Part shown: positions 19,925-29,752 of the stretch, one piece after another
Layout: each line of letters opens with the position of its first letter
Position numbering within the stretch: the stretch's first letter is position 1
Assembly (NCBI GenBank): GCA_034530875.2
Contig: JAVRCJ020000005.1
Coordinates: forward strand, 1-64,000
Reading direction: 5' to 3'
Source of the DNA: Nostoc sp. DedSLP01
GTDB lineage: Bacteria; Cyanobacteriota; Cyanobacteriia; Cyanobacteriales; Nostocaceae
DNA: 64,000 nucleotides
Translations under genes and position numbers: made by a program
The notes under the pieces: model-generated
The model's input: the letters and a program-made list of their open reading frames with translations, nothing else
The model's database searches: none
Told to the model about the DNA's origin: nothing

Positions 19925-21004
19925 ATGATTACAAAAAATCGCACTCAACGCCTGCTACCAATCTTATCGCCATTAATTGCGTTGGCGCAGCCTGCCGTAG
20001 GCATCGCATCTGCCTTGCTTGTCGGTGCAATCCTAATTTTGCTGGCTGGCGCAAATCCCATCGTGGCATACACAGCTTTATTTCAAGAATCCCTGTCTAC
20101 TTATTTTGGATTGGGCAATACTTTTACCAAAATGACGCCGCTATTGTTTACTAGTTTAGGTGTATTAGTGGCGTTGCGTGCCGGTCAATTTAATATCGGT
20201 GGTGAAGGACAAATTTATCTCGGTGCTTTGGGAAGTACTTTAATTGGGTTATATCTGCAAGGATTACCTGCTTTGATTCACATTCCACTGGCGTTGTTAG
20301 CAGGATTTATCTTCGGTGCGGTTTGGGGTTGGATTCCCGGTTACCTAAAAGCAGTGCGGGGAGTGAATGAGGTAATTACTACGTTGCTGTTCAATTACAT
20401 TGCAGTGAATTTAGTTAGCTATTTGGTACAAAATCCTCTGAAAGCACCAGCAGCGCCTAGTCCTTATTCGCCGTTGATTGCTAAATCTGCTCAGTTACCG
20501 ATTATTTTACCTGGCAGTCTTGCCCATGCGGGGATTTTGCTGGCGTTAATTGCAGCTCTTATTTTGTGGGTATTGTTAGTGCGATCGCCTTTAGGATACC
20601 AAATCGCGGCTGTAGGATTTAACCCGAATGCTGCTCGTTATGCTGGTATATCTGTAAAACGCACTATTATGCTGGTGATGGCGTTAGCGGGTGGTTTAGC
20701 TGGGTTAGCCGGCGCAGCTGAAGTGATGGGGTTGAAGTATCGGCTATTTGAACAAGTTTCGCCTGGTTATGGTTTTGATGCAATTGCGATCGCTTTTTTA
20801 AGTCGCGGTAGCGTTTTCGGCGTACTGTTAACTTCCCTATTTTTCGCCGCACTTCGTAGCGGTGCTAATGTGATGCAACGTAGCGCAGGCGTACCGATAA
20901 CTGTAGTTTATGCGATTCAGGGATTAACTATGCTATTTATTGCTATTAGTCTGGCGGTAGAACAGCGGATGAAAGTAATAGTACCCCAAACCAAAGCAGA
21001 TTAA
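19925..21004 (+). CDS. ABC transporter permease (nucleoside/sugar, BPD_transp_2)
   Basis: GQFNIGGEGQ, GVNEVITT, AARYAGI, GYGFDAIAIA. Confidence 0.9.
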   Translation: MITKNRTQRLLPILSPLIALAQPAVGIASALLVGAILILLAGANPIVAYTALFQESLSTYFGLGNTFTKMTPLLFTSLGVLVALRAGQFNIGGEGQIYLGALGSTLIGLYLQGLPALIHIPLALLAGFIFGAVWGWIPGYLKAVRGVNEVITTLLFNYIAVNLVSYLVQNPLKAPAAPSPYSPLIAKSAQLPIILPGSLAHAGILLALIAALILWVLLVRSPLGYQIAAVGFNPNAARYAGISVKRTIMLVMALAGGLAGLAGAAEVMGLKYRLFEQVSPGYGFDAIAIAFLSRGSVFGVLLTSLFFAALRSGANVMQRSAGVPITVVYAIQGLTMLFIAISLAVEQRMKVIVPQTKAD

Positions 21005-21493
21005 TTAACGAACTAAAAATTTGACAATAAATATCTAAAAATTTGGTAAATTTATCAAAATATCATTTATATTAATACCACATTTCAGCAACATTTCACT
21101 CTCTTCTACAAATATTTTAATTATTTATTCTGAATTGACTATATAAAAATCCCTATAAGTTTGATAAACCCATCAAAACATTTTTCATTGCTCTTACTAC
21201 TTCAATCATATAAATTGTAGATGTGGGTAGCACTGGTAATAATTGATTATCTAACTTGACAAGATAAACAAACTATCTCAGAGCTACTAACTATTTTGAC
21301 AACAGAAAGCTCCCGAATAGACAGAATTTTGTCTTTGATGTAGCTGTAGAAATTTCATGAAAGTTTTAACTAGTCAAGCTGATTGAAAGCTTACAAACCC
21401 AAGTTTTCATTCTGATTATACCTAGCAATACTCAAGCCAGATTCCTATAAAGTAGGAGGCTTTTTATGCTAAAAATTAGGAGGATTAACCAAG

Positions 21494-22129
21494 ATGGCAG
21501 GTTTGACTAATAGTGGTAACAATAACTCCTCTAGTGGTGGAGACAATCAATTAGGAAATTCACCCTTCGGTCGCTTAAAAGAAGTTTTGACTCCTGAAGA
21601 ATTTTCTAAGTTATTCAGTGGTGTTGGTAACGGACAAAATAGCGGTAGTCCATTCGGTGGCGGCAATAATGGTGACGGCAACAATTTACCTTACAATGGT
21701 AATCCTTTTGCTGGCGATAACTTTTGGGATATCTTTGCAGGCGGTGTAAATCCATCTGCTGGAAATGGCGGCCGCGACCCTTTAACTGGTGCTGGCAGCC
21801 AGAGCACTAATAGTATTAATATCAGCACAACTAAAATACCAGACGGCTTGAGTTTGAAAGCTAATATTGACAGCTTAGTTAACTCAAGGCTTAAAGAAGA
21901 ACTGGGTGATGGCAAAATCCCATCATTTGGTGGAGGTCAAAGCCCATCTGGTGGCGGTCAAAACCCATTTGGTGGTGGCAGTCAAAACCCATCTGGAGGC
22001 GGTCAAAACCCATTTGGTGGCGGTCAAAGCCCATTTGGTGGCGGTCAAAACCCATTTGGTGGTGGCGGTCAAAACCCATTTGGTGGCGGTCAAAACTCAT
22101 TTGGTGGTGGTGAAATTCCGTTCGCTTAA
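21494..22129 (+). CDS. Gly/Asn-rich low-complexity protein with C-terminal GGGQNPF repeats
   Basis: Strong AGGAGG RBS; ~8 tandem GGG(G)Q(N/S)P(F/S) units. Confidence 0.8.
   Translation: MAGLTNSGNNNSSSGGDNQLGNSPFGRLKEVLTPEEFSKLFSGVGNGQNSGSPFGGGNNGDGNNLPYNGNPFAGDNFWDIFAGGVNPSAGNGGRDPLTGAGSQSTNSINISTTKIPDGLSLKANIDSLVNSRLKEELGDGKIPSFGGGQSPSGGGQNPFGGGSQNPSGGGQNPFGGGQSPFGGGQNPFGGGGQNPFGGGQNSFGGGEIPFA
21922..22112 (+). repeat. coding tandem repeat, 21/24-bp units
   Basis: CCATTTGGTGGCGGTCAAAAC-type units. Confidence 0.9.
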
Positions 22130-22327
22130 CAAAGAAAGTAACTATACTCCTTGAGTAAAGCAGTAGTTCTACACAAGCAAATAAACACTAATGATTTTTT
22201 CAGTACATACTATGCTAATCAGCAATGTTATGTACTGGAATTTCTTACTATCAAAGGCTTTATGCAAAATTTTCTGTGACTTTTGCAATCATAATGATAA
22301 AGGTCTTGATTTAAATAAATCTTTGCT

Positions 22328-22466
22328 TACAGCAGTTTGCAAATAAATGAGGTACACAACTGGAGAATTGAATATAGAAATTCTTCTTTTCCCTCCTGCC
22401 CTCTGCCTCCTGTCTCCTGCCTCAAAACCATTAACTCTGTACCTCATGTAAATCAAAACTGCTGTA
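22328..22466. mobile_element. MITE-like element with TA ends
   Basis: TACAGCAGTTT...GAGGTACA / TGTACCTC...AAACTGCTGTA, internal CTGCCTC repeats; shorter relative at 39354-39437. Confidence 0.7.
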
Positions 22467-22503
22467 ATTAAACTGATACTTAGGATAAAAAATAGGAGAA
22501 TTA

Positions 22504-23727
22504 GTGCCAATGGGAGCATTTAATATAAATTCTATAAATAATGGAGTTGCTGATGATAGCAGTAACCTATATAACAGTAATTCTTCTGCTACAAATGGCA
22601 GTTTATATGCTGAAGATAACATATTAAAAAGTGATAAAAATCTGTTAAGCAATGGTGGCGGAACTATTCCAGGTGGTGGGATAAATCCCTTTAATGGCGA
22701 AGCTGGTAGTACACTTCAGCAATTAATTTTTACTCGCTTGAAGTTAGTTTTGGGTGACAACTTTTTTAAAGATGTTGATAAAACATTGGCAGGAGGTACA
22801 AACCCGTTTCTAAACGGTGGTAATCTGATTTTAGATCGTGGTAATGTGCTTGAGCGATCGCCTTTCGATCCTTTAAAAGAAGTCCTTGGTAATAATCTAC
22901 CTTTTAGTAACAGTGGAAATACATCTAATACTGGTACTTCAAAATTTAATGAGAATAACGCACCCGTTGGTAATGCTAATAGAAACTTTGGTAAGAATAA
23001 CGCAACTATTGGTAATTTTAATTCTGATTATGGCAATAACAGTGCAACTATAGGCAATGGGAACTGGAACTTTAATAATGACAACACAACCATAGGCAAT
23101 GGCAACTGGTTATTTGGAAAGAATAATACAAACCTGGGTAATGGTAACTGGTATTGGGACAACGGAAGTAACAACGCAACGCTAGGAAATGGCAATTGGC
23201 ACTTTGGCAGCGATAACTCAACTATTGGAAACGGCAACTGGGATTTTGGAAAAGATAACACAGTCGTTGGTAATGGTAACTGGGTTTTTAGCAATGGAAA
23301 TACAATTATTGGTAATGGTAATTTGCTAACAGAGAATGACAATGCAATTATTGGAAATGTCAACAATCTCGGCAACTTAAATTTATCTCCACAAGAAATT
23401 AAGACTGATGTTAACAATCTAATTGACTCCCTGATAGGTAAAATAGGTCAAAATTTTCTTGTACTAACAAAAGATTTTGATGCATCGAGTACCCAAACGT
23501 TTAATCGACTTATATCTTCTAAAAATATTGATATTAATAACAGCGATATATCTAACAACATTGAGCAATTTTTAGCATCACTCAACATCATTCCCCAAAA
23601 TGCGATCGATTATCAACCTTGGCAAAATCCTCAATCTGTCCCAGAACCTAATTCTTCAGTATCGCTAGTAATAATGGGGTTTGTGTGTTTGCTGTTATCA
23701 ATATTCAAAAAACAACAACGCTGTTAA
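22504..23727 (+). CDS. PEP-CTERM protein with ~10 Asn/Gly-rich 14-aa repeats (xxNxxIGNGNWxxx)
   Basis: C-terminus VPEPNS + TM + KKQQR; repeats at ~22951-23364; AGGAG RBS. Confidence 0.85.
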   Translation: MPMGAFNINSINNGVADDSSNLYNSNSSATNGSLYAEDNILKSDKNLLSNGGGTIPGGGINPFNGEAGSTLQQLIFTRLKLVLGDNFFKDVDKTLAGGTNPFLNGGNLILDRGNVLERSPFDPLKEVLGNNLPFSNSGNTSNTGTSKFNENNAPVGNANRNFGKNNATIGNFNSDYGNNSATIGNGNWNFNNDNTTIGNGNWLFGKNNTNLGNGNWYWDNGSNNATLGNGNWHFGSDNSTIGNGNWDFGKDNTVVGNGNWVFSNGNTIIGNGNLLTENDNAIIGNVNNLGNLNLSPQEIKTDVNNLIDSLIGKIGQNFLVLTKDFDASSTQTFNRLISSKNIDINNSDISNNIEQFLASLNIIPQNAIDYQPWQNPQSVPEPNSSVSLVIMGFVCLLLSIFKKQQRC

Positions 23728-24104
23728 AGCTTAATACAGTTCAGTTAAGGAATTTATCTGTTCAGGCTGACAGAGAAAGCAGAAGAGGCAAGGGGGAAAA
23801 CTCTTGTTGGATGAGCGCCTCGCCATTAGTGTCAAGCTAAGAACTTAAGTTTGTTGGGTTTAACAACCTACAAACCACTTACGATTATCCTTAAATATAA
23901 AGTATTGATTTATGCCTGATTTTAGCTGTGCAACAGAGATATCACATAGATTTTATTAAGTTTTGTGTAAGCTTTCCTAAATCAGCTCGGGTGGTTTTGT
24001 AGTAATCTTGGTACTATTTGATACTACTCGTCACGAGATATCGGATACGAGAGTTTTCTGTTATCTATTGGCGTTTATTTTCTTTTATCTATCGAGTAAC
24101 TCTT

Positions 24105-25307
24105 ATGGCAACTATCAATGGCACTCCTGGAAACGATAATTTGTTCGGCGATGGAAATGGATTTCCAGAAAGCGATCGCATAAATGGATTAGATGGTGAC
24201 GATAACCTGGGGGGGGGAAGTGGCAATGACACCATTGATGGCGGTCAAGGAAATGATTATATCCAAGGAGGAGCTGACAATGACTCGCTACTTGGTGGTT
24301 CGGGAATTGATTATATAGATGGTGGCGGTGGGAATGACACCCTTAACGGTGGTAAAGGAAATGATTTTTTAATTGGTAACTTTGGTGATGACCTCTATAT
24401 CGTTGATAGCATCGGTGACAGCATTACTGAGTACAGCGCTGGAGATGGCACAGATACAGTTCAATCTTCTGTAACCTGGACGCTAGGTAACTTTTTAGAA
24501 AATCTGACCTTAACAGGCTCAGCGTCAATTAATGGTACAGGTAACAGTCTTAACAACATCATTAACGGTAATAGTGGTAATAACGGCCTGACAGGTGGAG
24601 ATGGCAATGACACCCTCAATGGTGGCGGAGGCAAAGACACCCTAATTGGTGGAGCCGGAAATGACACTTATATTGTCGATAGTACTACTGATACCTTAGT
24701 AGAGTTTTCCAATGGAGGCAAAGATACTGTTAGGTCTTCTGTTAGCTATACACTGAGCAATTACTTTGATGACTTGATCCTGACAGGAAGTAATGAAATT
24801 AACGGCACGGGAAATGGTGGAAATAATTTAATTACAGGCAATAATGCGAATAATGTCCTCAATGGCGGTGGTGGTAAGGATACCCTGAGTGGTTTGTCTG
24901 GTGATGATACCTTAATTGGTGGAGCAGGGAATGACTTACTGATAGGAGGAGGAGGTAAAGATACTTTTAGCTATGCTACAGGTAGTGCCTTTAGCCAAGC
25001 CATAGTTGGTATCGATACCATAGCTGACTTCCAAAAAACAAGTGACAAGATAGGATTAAGCAAGAAAACTTTCAATGTTCTAACTAGTAAGGTAGGTACT
25101 GGCTTTAGTAAATCGAGTGAGTTTGCTGTTGTTGCTAATGACGCCGCTGCTGCAACCAGTAAAGCTTTCATTGTTTACAGCCAGGGAACAGGAAATCTAT
25201 TCTATAACCAGAATGGGTCTTCAGGCGGTTTCGGAACAGGAGGTGAATTTGCCACCCTGACGAACAATCCTCTCCTAACGGCTACTAACTTTGTTATTCA
25301 AGCTTAA
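24105..25307 (+). CDS. RTX/hemolysin-type calcium-binding protein
   Basis: Many GGxGNDxLx nonapeptides; LENLTLTG; C-terminal GNLFYNQNG...FATL; ATG 24105. Confidence 0.92.
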   Translation: MATINGTPGNDNLFGDGNGFPESDRINGLDGDDNLGGGSGNDTIDGGQGNDYIQGGADNDSLLGGSGIDYIDGGGGNDTLNGGKGNDFLIGNFGDDLYIVDSIGDSITEYSAGDGTDTVQSSVTWTLGNFLENLTLTGSASINGTGNSLNNIINGNSGNNGLTGGDGNDTLNGGGGKDTLIGGAGNDTYIVDSTTDTLVEFSNGGKDTVRSSVSYTLSNYFDDLILTGSNEINGTGNGGNNLITGNNANNVLNGGGGKDTLSGLSGDDTLIGGAGNDLLIGGGGKDTFSYATGSAFSQAIVGIDTIADFQKTSDKIGLSKKTFNVLTSKVGTGFSKSSEFAVVANDAAAATSKAFIVYSQGTGNLFYNQNGSSGGFGTGGEFATLTNNPLLTATNFVIQA

Positions 25308-25645
25308 TAACTCATCTGCCTGGGAATCAATTCCCAGGCTAATAGAAAACAGTCTACTTTAAGTAGACTAAAAAATTTTGGCTATGAACTCACTTACATT
25401 AAAAGCCCGGTTGTGAATACCGAGCTTTTAATATGGGGTTATATACCCCGAGGTTTAGTTATATAGTTTCTGTATAATTTTCTAATCTGATAGAGACTAC
25501 CACCACACTCTTAGCAATTCCGGAAAATTACAAAATTATCTAGATACATTTACTAATCTCTTTAAAATCAAACACAAATTTACTTCATTCCATGCCAATA
25601 CATTAAGTTCTGATGAAGTACTAGATATTCAAGCAGCCGCAGATT

Positions 25646-25864
25646 TTAAACTTTGGATGCAGGCTTTAAAAATAGCCATGCCACAAAAAATGTAGCCGCT
25701 GTGAATAATTGCGTCAAATCCAAAGCCGACAGATAACCATCTGCAAATGAAGCAATACTGCGATCTGTAATCCCAAATACCCAAGATGATAAGCCAAACA
25801 GCCAAATGCCAGTCTTGAGATTTCCTACAAATTCCTTAGGTTCTGATGGTTTTTGGTCGTTCAC
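25646..25864 (-). CDS. small conserved cyanobacterial membrane protein
   Basis: GTG start with GGAG RBS; two hydrophobic segments. Confidence 0.7.
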   Translation of the reverse strand: MNDQKPSEPKEFVGNLKTGIWLFGLSSWVFGITDRSIASFADGYLSALDLTQLFTAATFFVAWLFLKPASKV

Positions 25865-26380
25865 GATCTTCTGCTCCCTTGGTGAATAATCAATCTGGTG
25901 GCTTATGACAAATACCTGCCGTTAGGAATCGTTTCTGACTCCTGAGGCTGAATTTACACTCGCCTATTAATAATATTAATAAATATTTCAGCTACTTGAC
26001 TTCACTACCCAAAGGTACATCTCATAACCTTGACATTCCTCCTTTGGTTGTGTCGCCTCTGATGGAGCGTAATTGGTTGAGTTTCAAGCTTTACAGCATG
26101 ACCCCTAAATGATGAGATTACATAATCTTTAAACAACTATATAAATATTTACTTATGTTTTACTTAATATATATCTAAAGATAGATGTGTTTCAGTATTA
26201 AGCAGAAATTAAAGCTACAAAGAATACCGTTACACACCAACGCAGACACTACCTGAATGCTCGAATTTTTTTCATGAGGATTGTTCGTCCATTGACAAGC
26301 AACAAAAGCCAGCAATGGACGAGCAATTAGGTAGAGCGATCGCTTTTTGGGCGCTAACTTTTCTCGCTGGTATTTTCTAA

Positions 26381-26872
26381 CTATTTTTTGCCCCGCTGTT
26401 GCATTTCTTGCTGGCGCATAGGCATGGCGTCAATTTGCTCAAAAATTGCTGCGGCTTCAACTGGCTTACTTTCTTGGCGTTTAACGCCACCATCTTTGCC
26501 TATCAAAATCAGCTGAAAATTTTCTTTATCAATTCCAAAGAGATTTCGCAAATTGGCAGCAGAAGATTCATCTATTGGCTGTCCGTTGGCATAGCTTTTA
26601 TTTTTTGACAAAACCTGAACTAGAACTAAATCGCGGTCTGTAAAATCGTTTTTATGCTGGTTAAACAACTGCATCTGTTGCTGATAGTTAAAGTTATCAA
26701 CTGACGGTGCAAATACAATTAACACGCGATTTTGCCATTTGTAGGAACTGAGGTTAAATGAAGACATTTTGATGATTTGATTGCTTGAAACTTGGACAGT
26801 ACCAGAGATGCTGACTGGCGATATCATAGACCAGGCTAATAAGGTCAGGACAATTAATACTGAGTTATTCAC
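26381..26872 (-). CDS. DUF4174 domain protein
   Basis: YKWQNRVLIVFAP, LIGKDGGVK, IDAMPMRQQEM. Confidence 0.85.
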   Translation of the reverse strand: MNNSVLIVLTLLAWSMISPVSISGTVQVSSNQIIKMSSFNLSSYKWQNRVLIVFAPSVDNFNYQQQMQLFNQHKNDFTDRDLVLVQVLSKNKSYANGQPIDESSAANLRNLFGIDKENFQLILIGKDGGVKRQESKPVEAAAIFEQIDAMPMRQQEMQQRGKK

Positions 26873-27231
26873 AATGTGTGGGATTCCTATACAATTGATT
26901 TATCAAATAAGAAGTCAGAATCCAGGAATCAGACCCGCCACTCTCTTACAAAGTTCCGAGCCGAGGAAGCCTCGGCTCGGACTTTACGCTAATTGTAGAC
27001 TGCTAAATTTTCAAATTAGCTCTTTTCTTAAACCCACTTATTCAAGAGCCAGTCAGACTCCAATTCATGCTGAGTTTTGACGACTGACTCCTGAATTCTA
27101 TTTAGATAATAATTGCGCTCACCTAACTAGAGGTAAGCGCTACGCTTTTTATTAAATTCAGGGGAAAATATAATTAAATGGGTTCCCTGAGTTTTATTAT
27201 TAAATGATTCAAACTTATTGAGCAAAATTGA

Positions 27232-27504
27232 TTAAACTGTACTGCGACGAGTTAGCAAGTTCCATAAGAAAACTGCAACAATTGCACCAAGAACTGCTAC
27301 TAAAACCCCAGTTAGGCTAAGAGTTGGAGCTGCTAAAGCCAAGGTTCCTGTACTGAAGAATACACCCAGGCTGCCGCCAACGAAAGCGCCTATGATTCCT
27401 AATAAGATTGTTCCTAGTATTCCACCACCTTGATGACCGGGGTAGATAGCTTTAGCAATAGCACCAGCAATTAAACCTAAAACAATCCAAGCAAGAATGT
27501 TCAT
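27232..27504 (-). CDS. GlsB/YeaQ/YmgE family stress-response membrane protein
   Basis: MNILAWIVLGLIAGAIAKAIYPG...LGIIGAFVGG. Confidence 0.9.
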   Translation of the reverse strand: MNILAWIVLGLIAGAIAKAIYPGHQGGGILGTILLGIIGAFVGGSLGVFFSTGTLALAAPTLSLTGVLVAVLGAIVAVFLWNLLTRRSTV

Positions 27505-27931
27505 TGTTGTTAACTTGATAAACGTTTTTTACTTACAAATACACAATAACAATCTCAACATTGATATTCACTCTCCCAACAGAACCAATTATTAATACTC
27601 ATAAGGATGGATTGCTCTTACTTCTAATGATTAACTCCCCTAATTCCAATGGTTCGTAAATGATTGAAGAAGAATTCAGAAGTCAGAATGCAATTCTAGC
27701 GGGATTCAGAGGAGCCACCCAGAAGCACCACCTTTGTTAAAAATTGTGCAACAGCTTAATTAGTTTTTGTCATTATTTATGCTTCGACTGCTTTATCGGT
27801 AATCGTCATTTCGATGGAACAGAATACATACGCTACTTCGCCAGAATTCTCTTGCTTGTATTGGAGTGCGACTGGTGGATGAATAAACGCGTTAATAGTA
27901 CAATAGTACTAATAAATGTGGAACTAGAACC

Positions 27932-28429
27932 ATGACCTACGCCTACAGCATGGACGATGCAGTACAGGTAGCCAATCAGGCGGCTACTGACATTGAGGCG
28001 TGGTTATGGGAAAAACCAGAAACCATCAGCGTCAACAATGTTGAAGATGACCCCGACTACCAACACAGAGATATTGACCTGATTTGGACAACCCACGTTG
28101 GTGAAATTTTGATTGAGATTAAAGGCGATAGATGGAATAAAACTCGTAACTTTTTCTTCGAGACTCACAGCAACCTCGAAAAGGCAACCCCTGGCTGCTT
28201 TATGTATACTCAGGCAGACTGGGTATTTTATTACTTTGTCAATACTCGGCTTTTGTATCGGTTGCCGATGCCAAAGACCCGAGAGTGGTTTTTGATTACA
28301 ATGCGTCGGTTTCGGGAGCGCTCAACTACAACGCCAGTCGGTAATAGCTATTACACCACTGTGGGGCGGCTAGTGCCAATTACTACGGTGATGATGGAGG
28401 TCACAGGGGTGAAGATGGAGCAGTTGTAG
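27932..28429 (+). CDS. hypothetical protein with PD-(D/E)XK-like motif
   Basis: DIDLIW...IEIKGD...FFFETHSN...PGCF. Confidence 0.7.
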   Translation: MTYAYSMDDAVQVANQAATDIEAWLWEKPETISVNNVEDDPDYQHRDIDLIWTTHVGEILIEIKGDRWNKTRNFFFETHSNLEKATPGCFMYTQADWVFYYFVNTRLLYRLPMPKTREWFLITMRRFRERSTTTPVGNSYYTTVGRLVPITTVMMEVTGVKMEQL

Positions 28430-28485
28430 GGTTTCCTCAACACATCCTCTATTGTCTGCTTAGAATATCGGAGAAAACTGAAATA

Positions 28486-28593
28486 CTACTTCTTCCAAGG
28501 CAGCTTTGTACCCATCTCAGTCAATGCCGAGAAGATAAGATATATAACAAGCAGACCTGCACTAATCAGAAAAATTACAACTTCATTATTCAT
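28486..28593 (-). CDS. 35-aa single-pass membrane microprotein
   Basis: MNNEVVIFLISAGLLVIYLIFSALTEMGTKLPWKK*; below the ORF-track cutoff. Confidence 0.55.
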   Translation of the reverse strand: MNNEVVIFLISAGLLVIYLIFSALTEMGTKLPWKK

Positions 28594-29249
28594 AAACTCA
28601 GCAGTGGGAGAACTTTACCAACTCTACCAAGTTTTAGGAGCAGTAATAAAACCTTAGGCGATATACAACATTGCAGATTAGACCTGCCTTGAAATAGGGA
28701 GTAGGGAATGGGGAACTCGGGGCCCCCACGAAGTGGGGATTAGGGGCATGGGGAATAGGGAAAAGAAATTTTCATTGTTCTTTGTGAGCGCAACTCATGG
28801 AGTAAGAGTGCAAAACTCTTTTTCAAAGAGTGGGCAAAGGGATGCATATAAAAGAGAAAGGGTTTTTTCTTATCTCTTTTCCCTTTTCCCTTTACCCTTT
28901 TCCCGACTTCTGCAAAAAGTCTGTTGACTATGTGTTTTCTGGTAAATTACTAGCCAGTTGTAACGAAGCGGTGACCGAGCGCTGTGAATTGGCTGCTTTT
29001 GTTATTCTACAGCTTTGGTCAACAACTGGCGTGTCCTGTTGTGTTATCTCATTTAAACTCCAAAACAAAAATTTGTAATGCCAAATTGCCACAACTTTTT
29101 AACCTGGCGCTGTACTTCAACTTTTTCTTAAAAGCATCTAGCGACAACGCACTACCTGCTACGAATGAAAGAAACATCATACTCAATCCCTTTCCCGTAC
29201 AATAATGGTCGGTTATTACCCACACCAGTCCGATTGTTATTAGTGAGAA

Positions 29250-29279
29250 TGTAAGAGTGCAATATATTGCACTCTTACA
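29250..29279. promoter_or_regulatory. perfect 30-bp palindrome upstream of a small gene
   Basis: TGTAAGAGTGCAATA|TATTGCACTCTTACA. Confidence 0.5.
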
Positions 29280-29302
29280 AATGCTAAATACAGAGGTAAA
29301 CT

Positions 29303-29485
29303 ATGTTTCCTTTTTGGGCTAATTCCTGTTATGGAAGCGAACCCATTTCGCACAAAGCTAGCTTAGAGCGCAAATTAAAATTCTTGACTTGGATACGAGA
29401 TGATTTAGAGACGAGGCTAGCTGGTATTAATGCTTCTATTGATACCATTCGTCGGCAGATAGAACGTTCAGATTCAGCTGCTTAG
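29303..29485 (+). CDS. small coiled-coil hypothetical protein
   Basis: GAGG RBS; heptad-like LETRLAGINASIDTIRRQI. Confidence 0.65.
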   Translation: MFPFWANSCYGSEPISHKASLERKLKFLTWIRDDLETRLAGINASIDTIRRQIERSDSAA

Positions 29486-29752
29486 AACTTAGCTATTGTA
29501 AGTATTTCTACTTCAGGTGATTGTTGAGCTTTTGTGACTGAGCACTGTAAATCGGCTGCATCGATTTTGTAGGTCTTTGTACAGTGCTATGTCACAAAAC
29601 AGGATAAAAAATAAAAAATTAACTCAATTTTTGGAATTGTGCTGATGAAAATAAGCCCAAATAATTAACTTAATAGAGAGATTGAGCAAGCATAGTTAAT
29701 TAATATCTAAAATTTAAAAAATAATTATTTTAGAATATCAAAAGTTATAAAA

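Noticed and set aside
21922..22112. Regular repeats that could be read as a CRISPR array
   Set aside because: Units are directly tandem, 21/24 bp, in-frame coding, with no unique spacers and no cas genes
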